From positions 111,974,001 to 112,038,000 of the forward strand of contig NC_087437.1 of NCBI RefSeq assembly GCF_036321535.1: a DNA stretch of 64,000 nt, read 5' to 3'. Positions 1-12,936 of the stretch are shown here, piece after piece (position 1 is the first letter of the stretch; every line of letters starts with the position of its first letter). Source of the stretch: Camelus dromedarius. Its lineage: Eukaryota. The notes beneath the pieces were generated by a model, which saw only the letters and a list, made by a program, of their open reading frames with translations, did not search any database and had not been told where the DNA came from. The translations under genes and the position numbers were made by a program.

Positions 1-419
1 AGAGGTCCAGAGAGATGAATGCACTTTGCCAGGTGCAGAAGAAGAAAGGCTATTTTAGACAGAGCAAGTAGTAAGAGGTGAGAAAGGGTAGTGAGTTTTT
101 GCATCTGGCGAATTGGTGAGTAATCCAGTAAAAGGAGACCTGATGGTAACTGATGTGTACCTGAGGAATCATGAGGAACGTCTGCATGGTTGGATTGGAG
201 TCAGGCTGCATAGGGCCCTTGGCACATACTAGGCACTCAGTTAATATTTGCTCAAAGGTGAAAGAAAGAAGAATAGCAAGCATGTAATGGTAAACATGAT
301 AATGACAGTAAAAGTAATAGCTATTTACTTGTGGCCTACCCGTTGTTTTACAGATTTACAAGATTTGGGAAAGAAAGAAAGAATTACACAAATTCATCTA
401 CTTATTACATTGCACAACA

Positions 420-420
<1 letters not shown>

Positions 421-470
<50 letters not shown>
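421..470. repeat. (ATCT)n tetranucleotide microsatellite
   Basis: About 12 perfect ATCT units, read directly. Confidence 0.97.
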
Positions 471-1415
471 GAATGAAAAAGACAGTAAATGAGTAAAAGA
501 CAATACAAGAGAACTGTGGGCTTCTCTGACCTTGAGTCCTGTGATGGGATGGCAGTGGGTAAGAGGTCAATGTCAGACCATCTGGCCTTCCCATCCCAGC
601 ATCTGTTGTGGGCAGTGGTCACTCTGAAGATGGGACCAGACCCCTGTGTGATGCTAAGGGCAACATCTTAGGGGTAAGCTTCCCTCCCTGGGGTCTGGAT
701 CATGCCCATTCATGGAAGCCTTCCTGCAGGGTAAGGGCACGACCTCAGACAGAATTCGCTGAGCTGGCCAAGTCTGAGCCTTGACCCTTGGGTGAAGAGG
801 GCATTGAGTTACCTAGCAAAGCATAGTTCCTTTTTCAGAAAACGAGCTGAGTTAAGAGTACATATGTTAACACGGAGAGCTTTAAAGATTTTCGGGGTGA
901 ACAGCAGCAACAGGCATCTGTATGGGTTTTCTGAGATGATCCTTTCACCTGTTCTGAGGTTCAGATCACTGCCCAGGGCACTGCCTTCTGGCAGGTCAGC
1001 AGCAGGGAGCTGCTTCCAGCAACACAGGGGAAAGTGTGTAATGGATCCTCCATGTCACAGAAACTCTCTCTCTGGAGTAACGGGAGAGGAGATACAAGGA
1101 CTCTCCCTGGGGAGAAGGTGTCACTCACGTGCTTCACGTAGGAGGTGGTTAGCATGCCTGAGAGTAAAGCACCAGCACGCCCTGTCCTCCGTCATAAACA
1201 TTCTGGCCCACCGTCCTCCTGGGAAGCTCCGCATGCATGTCTCTACTCCACTGGCACTGCTGCTGTGCAGGCCTTTTTTGGAGCTCCCCAAACTGCAGAG
1301 CCTGTTTGTAAGTCACAAAAGAAAATAGGTCTCATTAAATCACGTCCCATTTTGGACCCAAATTAAGATGGTGCAGATCAATCTCAACCTTATCCCCCAG
1401 ACCAAGATCAATCAC

Positions 1416-1555
1416 AACAATAGTAAGACCTAAATTCTATTAAGCTCTTATACATGCCAGGTGCTATACACAGCATTATTGAATGCTCTCAGGGGCACTC
1501 AGAAGTATAAATGATTATTATCTCCACTTGACAGGTGAGAAAATAGAGGCACAGA
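1416..1555 (-). mobile_element. MIR SINE fragment
   Basis: 'attattatctccacttgacaggtgagaaaatagaggcacaga' resembles the reverse complement of the MIR core. Confidence 0.7.
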
Positions 1556-1919
1556 CTTGTAACCACTGATTATAATCGGTGGGATCTTTGCTCTGCAGTG
1601 TGGTTGGGCTCCATGGCTCCGGGATGAATCTTCTGGCCCTCCTAGAGACTCTGAACTACCTAAGAAATCTTTTAGGAGCAGCTTCTCTCCTCAAGTTAGC
1701 TGAAGTGGGTTCTGCTGTTTGCTGCTAAGAATCCCACCAGACTTCTGTGATCCCATCTTCCTGCCTATTTTGATTTTCTCATGTGCCAAATGGGAATTGA
1801 AGTAACGCTCACCTCACAGGGTTTTCATTAGGATGTTACGAGATTTTTAAAGGAAAGATGACTTTGAAAATTCTAATTGTATAAACATCAGTTATTTGAA
1901 TTTAAAAAGCCACAACATT

Positions 1920-2508
1920 ATGCAGTCACGGTGGAAAGCAGTTTGGCGAGTTCTCCAAAAATTAAACATAGGATGACCTTATGATCCAGCAATCTGCTTC
2001 AAAAGAATTGAAAGCAGATACATGTACACCAAGGTTCATAGCAGCATCATTCACAATATCCAAAAGGTGGAATCAATCCTAGTGTCCATCAACAAGTGAA
2101 TGGATAAAAAAATATTGTCTAGTCATACAAAGGAATATTGCTCAGCCTTAATAAGGAGTGAAATTGTGATACATGCTACAACGTGGATGAACCCTGAAAA
2201 AATACTAAGTGACAAAAGCCAGACACAAAAGGACAAATACTGTGGATTCCATTTATGTGAGGTATCTAGAATGGAAAAATTCATAGACACAGGAAGTAGA
2301 ATGGTGGTTGCCAGGAGCTGGGGGCAGAAAGGAATTGGAGTTTCTGTTTAATGTGTATAGTTTCACTTTGGGATCGTGAAAAAGTTCTGGAGATGGACGG
2401 TGGTGCCAGTTGCAGAATAATGGGAGTGTACTTAATGCTACTGAACTGTACACTTAAAATGGTTATGATAGTAAATTTTATGGTGTTATTTTAGCACAGT
2501 AAGAAAAA
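1920..2508 (+). mobile_element. Old L1 (L1MB-like) 3' end
   Basis: Degenerate ORF2 C-terminus (IHATTWMNPEKILS..SQTQKDKYC) followed by a typical 3'UTR ('aatgctactgaactgtacacttaaaatggtta'). Confidence 0.9.
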
Positions 2509-2594
2509 TCCTGGAAACGAGGAAAGAGGGAAGGGAGAGGACGAGGGGAGGAGGAAGCAGAAGAGAAGGGGGCAGGGAGAAGGAGAAAAGGAAA

Positions 2595-3145
2595 TGTTAC
2601 CAAACTCAGGTTTGGCTGCTCACTTCCCAAAGCCAATAATTTGAGAAGCAAGTGTCAGTAGAAAGGAAAGGTGCTTTAATCAGAAAACTGGCAATCTGGG
2701 AAAAAGGTGGACTCATGTCCAGAGACCCACTCCAAAGATTCTGCTTAGCCATGATAGTTTTTAAGGGAAAAATGGGGGTGGGGGAAGCATCTCAGTGAAT
2801 CATCAAGGCAGGAGTTTGGGTTCTGCCTCATTCTCTGTTGCATGCAGACTGGCTGACTCTCTCTTCAGATGTTATCTTGCCTACATGATCTGCCTTCAGG
2901 ATTGCTAAGGGGCCTTTTAGGGGTAGAGAACTAATCATTTATTAACTGCTTTGTTCTTCAATCTTACTTCTTTTTGTCTAGGAAAAGAATCAACAGGTTA
3001 AGCAAAGCATGGTGTGCATTCAGGAGAGCATTAGTCAGGAGTTAATTTCAATTATTTAGTGATCTCAGTCTTATAATTAAGTTCTTTTAAGGTTAGAGGG
3101 GGACAGAAATGGGCAAACAGGAAAGGGGTAAAAGAGCTACTTTCA
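2595..3145 (-). mobile_element. Solo LTR, probably ERV1 class
   Basis: TG...CA termini (tgttacc...tttca) flanked by a 4-bp direct repeat GAAA (2591-2594 and 3146-3149). Strand inferred from a reversed polyA-signal-like 'tttaat' near the left end. Confidence 0.7.
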
Positions 3146-3510
3146 GAAATATCCTAGTGACACACTTGATTTTCAGAAACTGGTATCAGCCCTTTTTCAT
3201 TTAGCAGATTGAAAAAAAAATCCATGAATTTGGTAATGTTCTGCTAAGCAGACTGGGGGCGGGAGTTGGGTGGCGGATGGGACAAGGCATTCTTAAGTAA
3301 GTGTGGTGAGAATGTACATGGGTACAATCCCTATAGAGGGCAGTTGAGCAATACTATAAAAATAGCAAATGTATATACATATCTTTTGACCCAGCAGGCT
3401 TGTGTAACTTAGCCTGACAAATACCATCCCAGCCTGCTCACATCTGGTCTCTCCATCCTCATTGCTACCCTTGGATTTTAGCAGAAAAGAGATCTCAAAG
3501 AGTGGGAATG

Positions 3511-3699
3511 ACTCAGCCCTCTGTATCCTTGGGTTCTGCATCTGCAGATTTTGATTCACGGAAGCGGAATCTGCAGATAGGGGCTGGAGGGCGGGGACCC
3601 TGTCTATGCCATTTTATATAAGGGACTTGAGTGTCTGCGGATTTGGGTGTCTGCTAGAGACCCTGGAACCAATGCCAGGCAGATACTGAGGGACGACTG
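3511..3699 (-). mobile_element. MER2-like Tigger (Tc1/mariner) non-autonomous element
   Basis: Terminal inverted repeats (TIRs) cagccctctgtatc...gatactgagggacgactg followed by TA; internal 'gccattttatataagggacttgag'. Confidence 0.85.
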
Positions 3700-5596
3700 T
3701 ATGTGAAAGCTGACATTCATTCTTCTGGAATAGCTGAACATTGAGAGGAGATGTTTGATTAGAAAAGTTTTCACAAATCCTTTGTCATGAGGATTTTCAG
3801 GAAAGGTGACAGCGAACCGGGTTAAGGTGACTTTTCATACACCAATTAAGAGTCCTGATTCAAGGACTGCAGGGCATGAAGAGAGCTGGCGGCAGCCCCG
3901 GGTGTTCTGATCTGAGCAGCTCATCAGCGCCTAATAGCACCTTTGCTGCTTGTGGAGATGAGTGACCGATCTCAGGCTTTTTCACCCTCTCTCACCCAGA
4001 TTTTCTTTCCCTAAGGAAATATGAAAATGTCGCTGGTCGCTGTTATATGAAAATGTAGCATCCTGTAAATTTATGTCGCTATTTTGTGTTCTGGAGGAAG
4101 AAAAACTCACCATCAGAGAGAAAACTAATTTTTCGTGTTGCTAATAAGCTATGTATGTGCAAAACGTTCATTTCTGAATTTCTTTCAAAGAGTCTTTGAC
4201 TCAAAGTAAGAGATTTTGTAAACTACAATGGGTAACTGTGAGAAATGAGAAATGAGAAATGAAATGGAGTTTGGAGTCTTCTACATATTTCAAGTTTAAA
4301 AACGATTTGGTCTCAGCATCATTAAAACTAAACTTTCACCTGCTGCAAATCGAATTCTTTGTTCCCAAAGCTATTGTTTGTTTGAACAGAGAGGAAAGGA
4401 AGCTGGCATGGACCTTTTGCACGGTGCAAATGAGAGCAACATCGGCGGGGCCACAAGTGTTAATGAGAGAATGGTGCTGATCAGAGGGTGGACTCAGACA
4501 CAGAAACTTTGTCTTGGATCTAAGTCGTTTTTTCAGTTGGTGATTGGGGGTCACAGTACAATGAATTAGTTTTCAAAAATAAATATTGAGTGATTCAAGA
4601 TATTTTAAATTATCATGACCACATTTTGTTGCTCTTGTGTCATGCCTTATCCTTTGCATTTAAGCAATCAACCTATACTTAGAATTTTTACATCTTATAT
4701 ATTACTGCACACATATTTTGGAAAATATATACATAAATATATATTATTGAAACCAATACATGTAAGAATACATTTCTTTCAAAAGAAAGATGACAACTAC
4801 AGTTACTTCACCTGTGGGTTCATTGAAGTAATACTCCTTAATCCACTTTTTAAGGATTTAACATTTCATAGATCAATCTGTCAAATGGTTTTTCCATCCA
4901 ATAATAACTCATTTTATCTTCAGAACTCTACAGAACTCTACAGGTCAGAGATTACTATCCCTACTTTAGAGATAAGGAAACAGAGTCTCAGAGATAATGT
5001 TGACTAAATCCTGAGACAAATCTTTGAACCAGAGAGATGATGCATCTCTGAGGAGGGCAAAGAAATTAAAATGGAAGGGTGAATTCTTATGAATACTGAG
5101 AACTAATTTTAAAAGATAAGAAACGTTTTTCTCCCACTGGAGTGGGGAGGCATTATCAGTGCAGGACAGTGACATGCAGAAAGGCATTTAATCTAGGGAA
5201 TTATGCTTACATAAATGTCTGAAGGTCTGGAGAAGCAGAGGCAGATGGCATTCTCTAGGCTTTAAGGTCACATCACAACAGCTGTGTCCAGAGGGAGGGA
5301 ATTTCCATCATCACCTGAGCATCCTGGTCAGCAAAGCCGGCGCCAGAGTAGGGCAGAAAATCCATCTGGTGCAATGCTTGCGTCTGTCGGCGACTTCCCA
5401 TCAGACACGTCCCTCAAAGGCAGAACAGCTCTGCCTCACCACCGACCTCCAAATGGTGCACAAGTGCATCTGATTGGCAGAACCTAAGCTGTATCCAGAA
5501 CCCTTGTGGGAGAGTCTGGAAGATGTAGTTCAAGGCTTCCAGTTTTGGGATACGGAGGGAACCTAGAAAGGCAACTGGAGTCAGTGTAGTCTGAGC

Positions 5597-6020
5597 TATG
5601 TAACAAATAGTCTCCTCATATTCAGCATCTTTAAGAATAAACGTTTATTACTCAGGTGGTAGTCCAAGGCAGTGGCAACCCTGTTCCATGTCGTCATCCA
5701 GGGACTCAGGCTGATTGATGATGGCTTTGCTGTCTTCAGCATAGGTCTTCCAAGGATGTCCTGGAGTGGGTCTTCCAAGGATGTCCTGGAGTGGGTCTTC
5801 CAAGGATGTCCTGGAGTGGGTCTTCCAAGGATGTCCTGGGTGTTCATCCTCTCAGTCGGCTAGAAGAGGGACAGAGCATGGAGGAATGCATGTGAGAAGC
5901 TTTTGTGGGTGGGCCTGGAAGTGGCAGCATCATTTCTGTTTGTATTTCATTAGAAAGGACTTGGTCTTCTGGCCACACTTAACTGCAGGAAAGGCTGGGA
6001 AACATTGTGTCGCTGGATGA
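5597..6020 (-). mobile_element. Old MaLR (MLT1J/I-like) LTR fragment, hosting the 25-bp tandem repeat
   Basis: 'tcatccagggactcaggctga...cttaactgcaggaaaggctgggaaac' resembles MLT1-family LTRs. Confidence 0.5.
5744..5839. repeat. 25-bp minisatellite, 3.8 perfect copies
   Basis: Unit GGTCTTCCAAGGATGTCCTGGAGTG starts at 5744, 5769 and 5794, with a partial copy at 5819. Confidence 0.97.
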
Positions 6021-6859
6021 ATACGGGCTTGGTGCCACCACTAATGTGAAAAAATCAAAATACGGATTTTAAGACAGCCAGAAACCTCTTATAACCAACG
6101 GAAAGGATGCCAATTTCCAATGGGTGATATCCAGCACATGGACAGAAATTCTCTCTTGTCAATTTTCATTTATATTATTTGAAGGTATAATTTGGAGTGA
6201 AGTTGGCCCAGAAAAATCTATGTGGTTCATTATAAGAGGAACTGTACATTTTCTCTCTTGCTCGTCACAAAGTTAAGGTGCATTTTCTGTAATTGAGGAT
6301 TAATACCTTGTGCTCAAGATGTGTTTCCACTTAGAGTCAGTTGTGATAATACTGCAATTAATTTCTCTTGTCAAAATAAAATGCCCTGAATCCCGCGTGC
6401 TAATCTGTTGTTGTATGTTTTGGTTTGTAAATTCACTATTGGAATATTTCTCCTCACCTTTCCCACACCCTCCCACACTCACAAACCACTCCCCACCCCA
6501 CCACACAATTTTATTTTGCCTGCAATTAGAGGTGCTGCCAACAGGTGGTAGTGGTGCACTACTCAGGCAGATATTCTGAACTGAGAACTGAACTGGTCTT
6601 AGAAATAAAATACAGGTTTTAAACTAATTTTCAGAAAATAAATAATTCTTCAACAAAATAGCCATCCTTAGAGAATATTAATAAGACTATATTTTAAAAT
6701 CTACCCTCCTCAGACCTATATGTACACACCCTTGGAAATCAGATTAAACTTACTAAAGCACAGGTCAGCTCTCCCAGGATGCTGTTAAATTCATGGTCTT
6801 CTCTCTAGTTTAATCCTTTATTATTCTTATTCACTTACTGTGCCCTCTGGTCAAACTCC

Positions 6860-7210
6860 ACAGCTTTCAATTTCCTAAATCCTAGCTTTTGCTCAAGACA
6901 TGACTTCCACCTGAGAATCCTTCCCCTTCTCATTTTTCAAGGACCATTTCAAATATTGCCTCCTCCATGATGCTTCTCATGATGCCATAGTATCAGGGAG
7001 CTCCCTTTCATTAGACTTTCTACCTCTCTCATATATGAAGATCTTTATTCTTCCCCTTGTGGTCAAGTTACTTGTCAAGGTCTCATATTTTCCATTAGAC
7101 AGTAAGCTCCCTGAGGGCAAGAGCCATAACTTACTTATCTTTATACTGCTGGACAACCCATCTCTCCTATCTATTTTTCTAACTAAAATCACTGTTGTTA
7201 ACAAGTGAAT
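6860..7210 (+). mobile_element. L2 LINE 3' fragment
   Basis: 'cattagacagtaagctccctgagggcaagagcc' and the upstream 'tcctccatgatgcttctc' are typical of L2 3' regions. Confidence 0.65.
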
Positions 7211-7412
7211 AAAAGGGTAAATCAAAACAATGCCTAAGGTACAAATTTGATACCTCTCCCTTTGAAACTCAATTCTTATCGGCCATGGTTCAATTCAACA
7301 CTTATTCCTAGAATTACTTTGCAATGATTCTGACTGCTGCTATTAGCAACTGTCTTTGGACAGAGAAATTTTGTTGATCTTTAATTTTTGGCTTATCTTA
7401 TTTCTACATTTT

Positions 7413-8160
7413 TTTAATTGTGGAAACTATGCATAACAAAAATTTGCCATTTTAACCATTTTTAAGTGCACAGTTCAGTGACATTATGTACATTCATATT
7501 GTTGTGCAAGTATCACCACCATCCATCTCTAGAACTTTTTAATCTTCTTAAACTGAAGCTCTGTACCCATTAAACATGAATTCTTCATTCCCACCTCCTT
7601 CCAGACTCTGTTAACCTCTATCCTAGTTTCTGTCTCTATGAATTTGACTATTCGAGGTACCTAATATAAGTGGAATCATACAGCATTTGTCCTTTTGTCC
7701 CTGACATTTCATTTAAAGTAATGTTTTCAAGGATCATCCATGTTGTAGCATGCATCAGAATTTCCTCCTTTTCAAGGCTGTGTAGTATACCATCTATGCA
7801 ATATGCAGTGTGTATATACCATGCTTTGTTTATCCATTCATCCATTGATAGCCATTTGGGCTGCTTCTATCTATTGTGAATAATGCTGCTGTGAACACTG
7901 GGGCAGAAATATCTGTTCAAGTCTCTGCTTTCAATTCTTTGGGGTACACGCCTAGAAATGCAATTGCTGGATCATATGGTGATTCTAGGCTTAATTTTTT
8001 GAGGAATCACCATACTGTTTTCCACAGCAGCTGCACCATTTTACTTTCCTACTAGCAATGCACAAGGCTTCCAACTTCTCCACATTCTTGCCAATAGTCA
8101 TCATTTTCTGTTTTTTGACAGTAGCTATCCTAAAGAGTATAAGGTTGCATCTCATTGTGG
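7413..8160 (-). mobile_element. L1MB-like 3' end with TSD
   Basis: Minus-strand ORF2 remnant (ILMHATTWMILENITLNE). TSD ttatttctacatttt (7398-7412) / ttatttctatatttt (8161-8175). Confidence 0.92.
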
Positions 8161-8530
8161 TTATTTCTATATTTTAAATAATGAAAACACATTTATTTAA
8201 ACTTTCAAAAACTTAAAGGGAGAAATGTCCCTATTTTTCTCTCATCACCAGTTAATTTGCAGGCAAAGCCTTCTCAGGGCCAGGAAAGGCTTCTGTGGCT
8301 TCATGCTGAGCAGACTAGCTGGCACCTGACTTATCACATATCTACTCTTACTCTTCTGTGAAATGAGATGATGTGTTTAAGCTGAGGAGTTTCACTTCAA
8401 ATTGTTTGATCAATCAAGGGACATGAAAGCGTGAGCAGAAAGTGCTTTAAAGCAGCCTTTCAAGGAACCCACGTGGGCTATGATGAACAATAATGTTTTT
8501 GAGAATAAGACTTAAGGGCTGTGCTTGTGG

Positions 8531-9070
8531 TTTTTTTTTTTAACGGCTTTACTGAGATATAATTCACATGCTACACAAGTCACACATTTTAAGTGTACAA
8601 TACAATGGTTTTGATATATTACATGATTAATTTAAAAATGTGTATATAGTATATATCAGAAAATTTGCCATTTTAACTGCATTAAAGTGTACAATTCAGT
8701 GACACTAATTACATTCAGAATGTGCAGCCATCACCACTATCTGGTTCCAAAATTTTTTCATTATTAACCAATAACCTCCCATTCCCCCTCCTTCCAGCCC
8801 CTGGTAAACTTTAATCTACTTCTGTCTCTGTGAACTTGCCTATTCTAGACACATATAAGCAAAATCATACAATCATACAGTATTTGTCCTTTTGTTTCTG
8901 GCTTATTTCATTTGGTGTAATGTTTTCAAGCTCCATCCATGTTGTAGTGTGTATCAGGACTTCGTTCCTTTTAATGTCTGGATAATATTCCATTGTGTGG
9001 ACATACCACATTCCATTTCTCCATTTCATCTGTTGATGGACAAGTGGGCTGTTTCCATGTGGTTGCCTTT
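8531..9070 (-). mobile_element. L1MB-like 3' ends (two stacked tails)
   Basis: PolyT start, 'aagtgtacaa' tail motif twice, ORF2 remnant (LIHTTTWMELENITPNEISQKQKDKYCMI). Confidence 0.88.
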
Positions 9071-9699
9071 TGACATGAGCTGTACTGTCCTTAGTCCCAG
9101 TTCCCCCACTTCCTGCAAAGCTGCTCAACCAGCAGCAGCTTGGGCAGCACCTGGCCACACCCAACCTGTCGAGGGCTATCTTGGCCTCCATTCAGATGGT
9201 GCACACTGGCCAGCATGGCTGCATTGAAGCCCAACTATTACTGCTTTGAGAGACTATCTTTCTTGCCATGCGGCACCCACTGTAAATCCACATGTGCTGT
9301 ATCTTTTTGACAGACGCCATCATTTTAAATCTGGAGGTGTGGCAGTGAGTCTTCTCTTTCAGTTCCAAACTCACCCTTCAGAAACCTTCTGTACGCTGTT
9401 GGATTGGGGCAGGCCGTCCAGGTGACGGAGAAAAAGTGGCTTCTGATGAATTCATCAGATTTTCGCCTCACATTTCTTCTGTGATGCCCACAAGTAAAGA
9501 CTGGCTTAAACTTATCAACTTAAACGTACCAACTCTGCTCCTACCAGAAACTTAGTCCTGCTAGGCAGGATTAAGAGATGGGTCCTGTATCCAAACCTGA
9601 ATCAAATGTTAAGAAGGAGTAGTGACCCTGTCCCCCAGGGGTGAGTGGCAGCCCTAATTCACAAGAACTCTTCACTGGGGAGCATGAGTCCCCCAGGAT

Positions 9700-10555
9700 T
9701 GAATTGATGACAGACTTGGGGCTTAAGACAAGAATTTCAAGGGATGCTAAAATTATCGGATAAAAGTTTGAAAAGAAACAAGGTATTAAATAGTCTGAAA
9801 GTATTTCCCCGCAGATTGCTTATTAATTACAATGGGAATCAAAATAATTACAGAGAAGAGAAACATGGCAGACACCACCTTACCCAGGTGACCTAAGTTG
9901 ACATCACCAGTAACAAGAGAAGCTGACATCATGTGTCCCCTGACATGATATATCGGGGACACACATCACTTATGTAGTGCTCCTGCCAGAAATGCAGAAA
10001 CTGACCCTTCTCAGCTCAAACCCAAATCATGGAATATTCTTTGAAGCAACTGACCTGCACTCTTCAAAAATATCAATGTCTTGAAAGCCACAGGAAGGCT
10101 CTTGGAACTTGTCCCAATTAACAGACACTAAAGAAATATGGCAACTAAATGCCACATACAATCATGATTGGAGGCTGGATCAGGGGGACATTTGCCATTA
10201 AGAACATTTTTAGGATGATTAGCAAAATTTGAATTTGGGCTGTATATTAGATTATAGTTTTATGTCAATGTTAAATTTTCCAAATTTGATAGTTACCATG
10301 TTTATGTCAGTTAATCTCCATGTTCTTGGCAACACACACGAGTGTTTGTGGGTAAAGGGGTTGATGTCTGCAACTCTCTCAAGTAGTTTAGGGAAAAAAA
10401 GTGGGAAAGGTGAATCTCAGGTGGCAGGTGAGGGGGGCAGGAAGAATGAATGACAAAGGAAATGCGGCAAAATGTTTAGAATTTGTCAGTCTATGGGAGT
10501 TTTTGTACTATGCTTTCAACTTTTCTGTAAATTTGGAATTATTTCAAAGCAAACA
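9700..10555 (+). mobile_element. Old L1 (L1MC/ME-like) 3'UTR
   Basis: 'gcagacaccaccttacccaggtgacctaagttgacatcaccagtaa' and 'ttcaacttttctgtaaatttggaattatttcaaa' resemble L1MC 3' ends. Confidence 0.75.
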
Positions 10556-10949
10556 ATATGGGGGAAAAAAGAACTGATCGAAACATGCAAGCAGCTTACA
10601 GCTTATAAGATAGAAGATGTTTGGAAGGATCTAGTCCTTGGCCACTGCTTTTCCATTGTGCAGGCCTGTTGGACAAGGAGGCACTAAGAGGTAGCCCAGT
10701 GAATCTCCTGAGTCCAAGCACAGAACTCCATTCCCCTATTATGTAATTTGCCCCTTGGTTATTGGGGTCAATCTCCCTAGACAACACAGTAGTCCCCTCC
10801 TCTGCCTGCTGGTAGGGCAGCATGAAGTTCCCCCCAAAACAGCCATAAGCCATGACTCGTCTTCTTGGGCAAGTCATTTTCCCCCAAACATGGTGTCATG
10901 CTGCGGTTCACAGAGGATGTTTCAAGAAGAAACTGCAGGGTTTCCTTGC

Positions 10950-11172
10950 ATCTGCCTCTGCAGGGAAACCTCAGTTCTGCTCTTAAAGCCTTTCAACTGA
11001 CTAGTTCAGGCCCACCCAGTTCATCAAGGATAGTCTCTCCTTTACTCAAAGCAAACTGCTTTAGCTGTTAATCACATCTACAGAATACCTTCCAGCAACG
11101 CTTAGACTCGTGTTTGATAAAATAACTGGGGGCTAAGTCTAGCCAAGGTGACACATCAAACTGACTGCAACA
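10950..11172 (-). mobile_element. MLT2 (ERVL) LTR fragment
   Basis: 'gcctttcaactgac..ggcccaccc..ctagccaaggtgacacatcaaa' matches the reverse complement of an MLT2 5' end. Confidence 0.75.
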
Positions 11173-11589
11173 GGCACTAATGACAGCTCCAAACCCTCCA
11201 AGTCCAAGATGCTAGGGAGAGAAGCAAACCTCCTTCAGGGGGTGACACAGTGCAGCAATGAGGGGGACGCTCTCTCAGCAGCCCCTTGCTTCCCAGGCTC
11301 CTGCATTCTGGCCCAGAGGAAGATGGCCCACATATTAGCTCTCTGTAAAGGCATGTGGGACAGATGTGACAGCACTCTGATCTCCGGCCTGTCACCTCTC
11401 AGCTGGCACTGCACATGAGCCTTCAGCTGGCCGCTACACTCTTCTATTAAGCCAGCAGCTTCTGGGTGATGTGACCTTTGGACATTAGCTCATGGCCACA
11501 CTTCCTTTGTCCTAGAGTGTAGGCGGACAAAAGAGGGAAATTTTGATAAAGGAGGTGTCAGTCCCTTACAGGGTAAAGCTTATTTTTAT

Positions 11590-12936
11590 GGCTGATTACA
11601 AATGATCATGCTTTCTACAGTGTATCAAATGATGCATAGCAACAAAAAGATGTTCTCCCTAGCTCTGAGGTAATTTTATTTGAAAAATAGTTTCAAATCA
11701 TCTTGATTTCTATGAAGAGTTCAATGTAACTGAAGAAAATGTAAAGCAAAAGACTGTTGACACCTTGTCTAAATAAACCCTAGACTTTGTTCATCTACCC
11801 ACATATTTGGCTGACAGCGCAAATGTAAATTCTCACAAATTCTGTTCAGACTATAAATTTCTTATCAGAGGAAATAAAAAGATCTTACCTGCTAGTGGTC
11901 CTGTACTCAGGGAGTGTAATTTGCTTATTTGGGATATTGCTGCTTTCATAATGAAAGTTTTGGGTCACCTTGTAGTTTTCTCAAAACAGGCAGAAGCACC
12001 TAAAGAGACTTTTGACTTTATAGAAACGGAAGGAGAGAGCTTTGCCACGTGCCTCAGTGATGGCCCTCATTATCGCCGGTGTAGAAGAGATGTTGACCTG
12101 TTACAAAATCTTATTTTCAAAGTTTGGAAAAAGAAGAGTGTCCTTCTGGGGTTTGGAGAGAACACTGAGGATGAGGATGGAGAAAAGGATTGCAGGAAAA
12201 CAGAATCACCTGCTCTTTATCTGACTGTGCTGATCTTTGAAGAGGTACCGTATCTTGATCGTAATCTAGCCTACAAGATTTAAATATCCAATGAAGAGTT
12301 GAAATACATTGAGAACAGAAATAAATATGATCAAGATATAATTTTTCACATATATTATTTGTTTAATTAGTGCTGCTACTAACTACAATCAGCCCTCCAT
12401 TTCTGTGGGTTCTGTTTGTGGATTCAACCAACTGTGGATTGAAAGCTTTTTTTTAATTCCAGAAAGTTTAAAAAAGCAAAACCTGAATTTGCTGCACTCA
12501 AGCAACTATTTACATAGCATCTGCGCTGTGTTAGGTGTAAGAAGTAATCTAGAGATGATTTAAAGTACATAGGAGGACTGGTGTAAGTTATATTAAAATA
12601 CTACAGTATTTTATATCAGGGACTTGAACATCGGTGGATTTTGGTATGGAGGGTGGGGTCCCCTGTATATACCGATGGACAACTGTTCTAACTGCCATTG
12701 GTAACTAGTCTTAATGTTTTGTTTAAATAATAGCATTTCTGTAACAAAAAAGTAAGTAACATAGAATAATAAATCATTTCAGATAAAAACCTATTTTTCA
12801 TATTTTCATGTTAAAGGAATAGCAGGCTTGTATCTGAGTATCTACTGTGTATTACATTGCTATAGGTGGTTACTGTTACTTTTCGGTCTTAAATGGCCGT
12901 GTCCCAGGTTGACATTCTAAAATGCTGGTCACCCTG
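11590..12936 (+). mobile_element. hAT DNA transposon fossil (Blackjack-like) with decayed transposase
   Basis: Manual translation across stops and frameshifts gives FYSVSNDA...KKMFSLALR*F...LDFYEE...YLADSANVN...HVPQ*WPSL, consistent with the hAT catalytic D, second D and 'RW' motif. Right end 'tgtcccagg...tggtcaccctg' resembles the Blackjack/MER81 TIR. Confidence 0.8.
12386..12685 (-). mobile_element. MER2 (Tigger-derived) element nested in the hAT fossil
   Basis: TA + caatcagccctcc...ggacaactg termini; internal 'aagtaatctagagatgatttaaagta'. Confidence 0.9.

Noticed and set aside
792..1328. 178-aa ORF
   Set aside because: GTG start, no recognisable domain, Arg/Ser/Leu-rich composition typical of a chance ORF, and no convincing exon structure.
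5297..5306. Perfect NF-kB site GGGAATTTCC (also 49669-49678)
   Set aside because: Both lie in or beside decayed repeat-like sequence, and isolated 10-mers of this class can occur by chance in 64 kb.
5744..5839. CRISPR-like repeat of 25 bp
   Set aside because: Units are head-to-tail with no spacers, there are no cas genes, and the DNA is mammalian.
11807..12283. 158-aa ORF as a host or domesticated gene
   Set aside because: TTG start, changes frame relative to the transposase, and flanking catalytic motifs carry stops; it is a transposon fossil.
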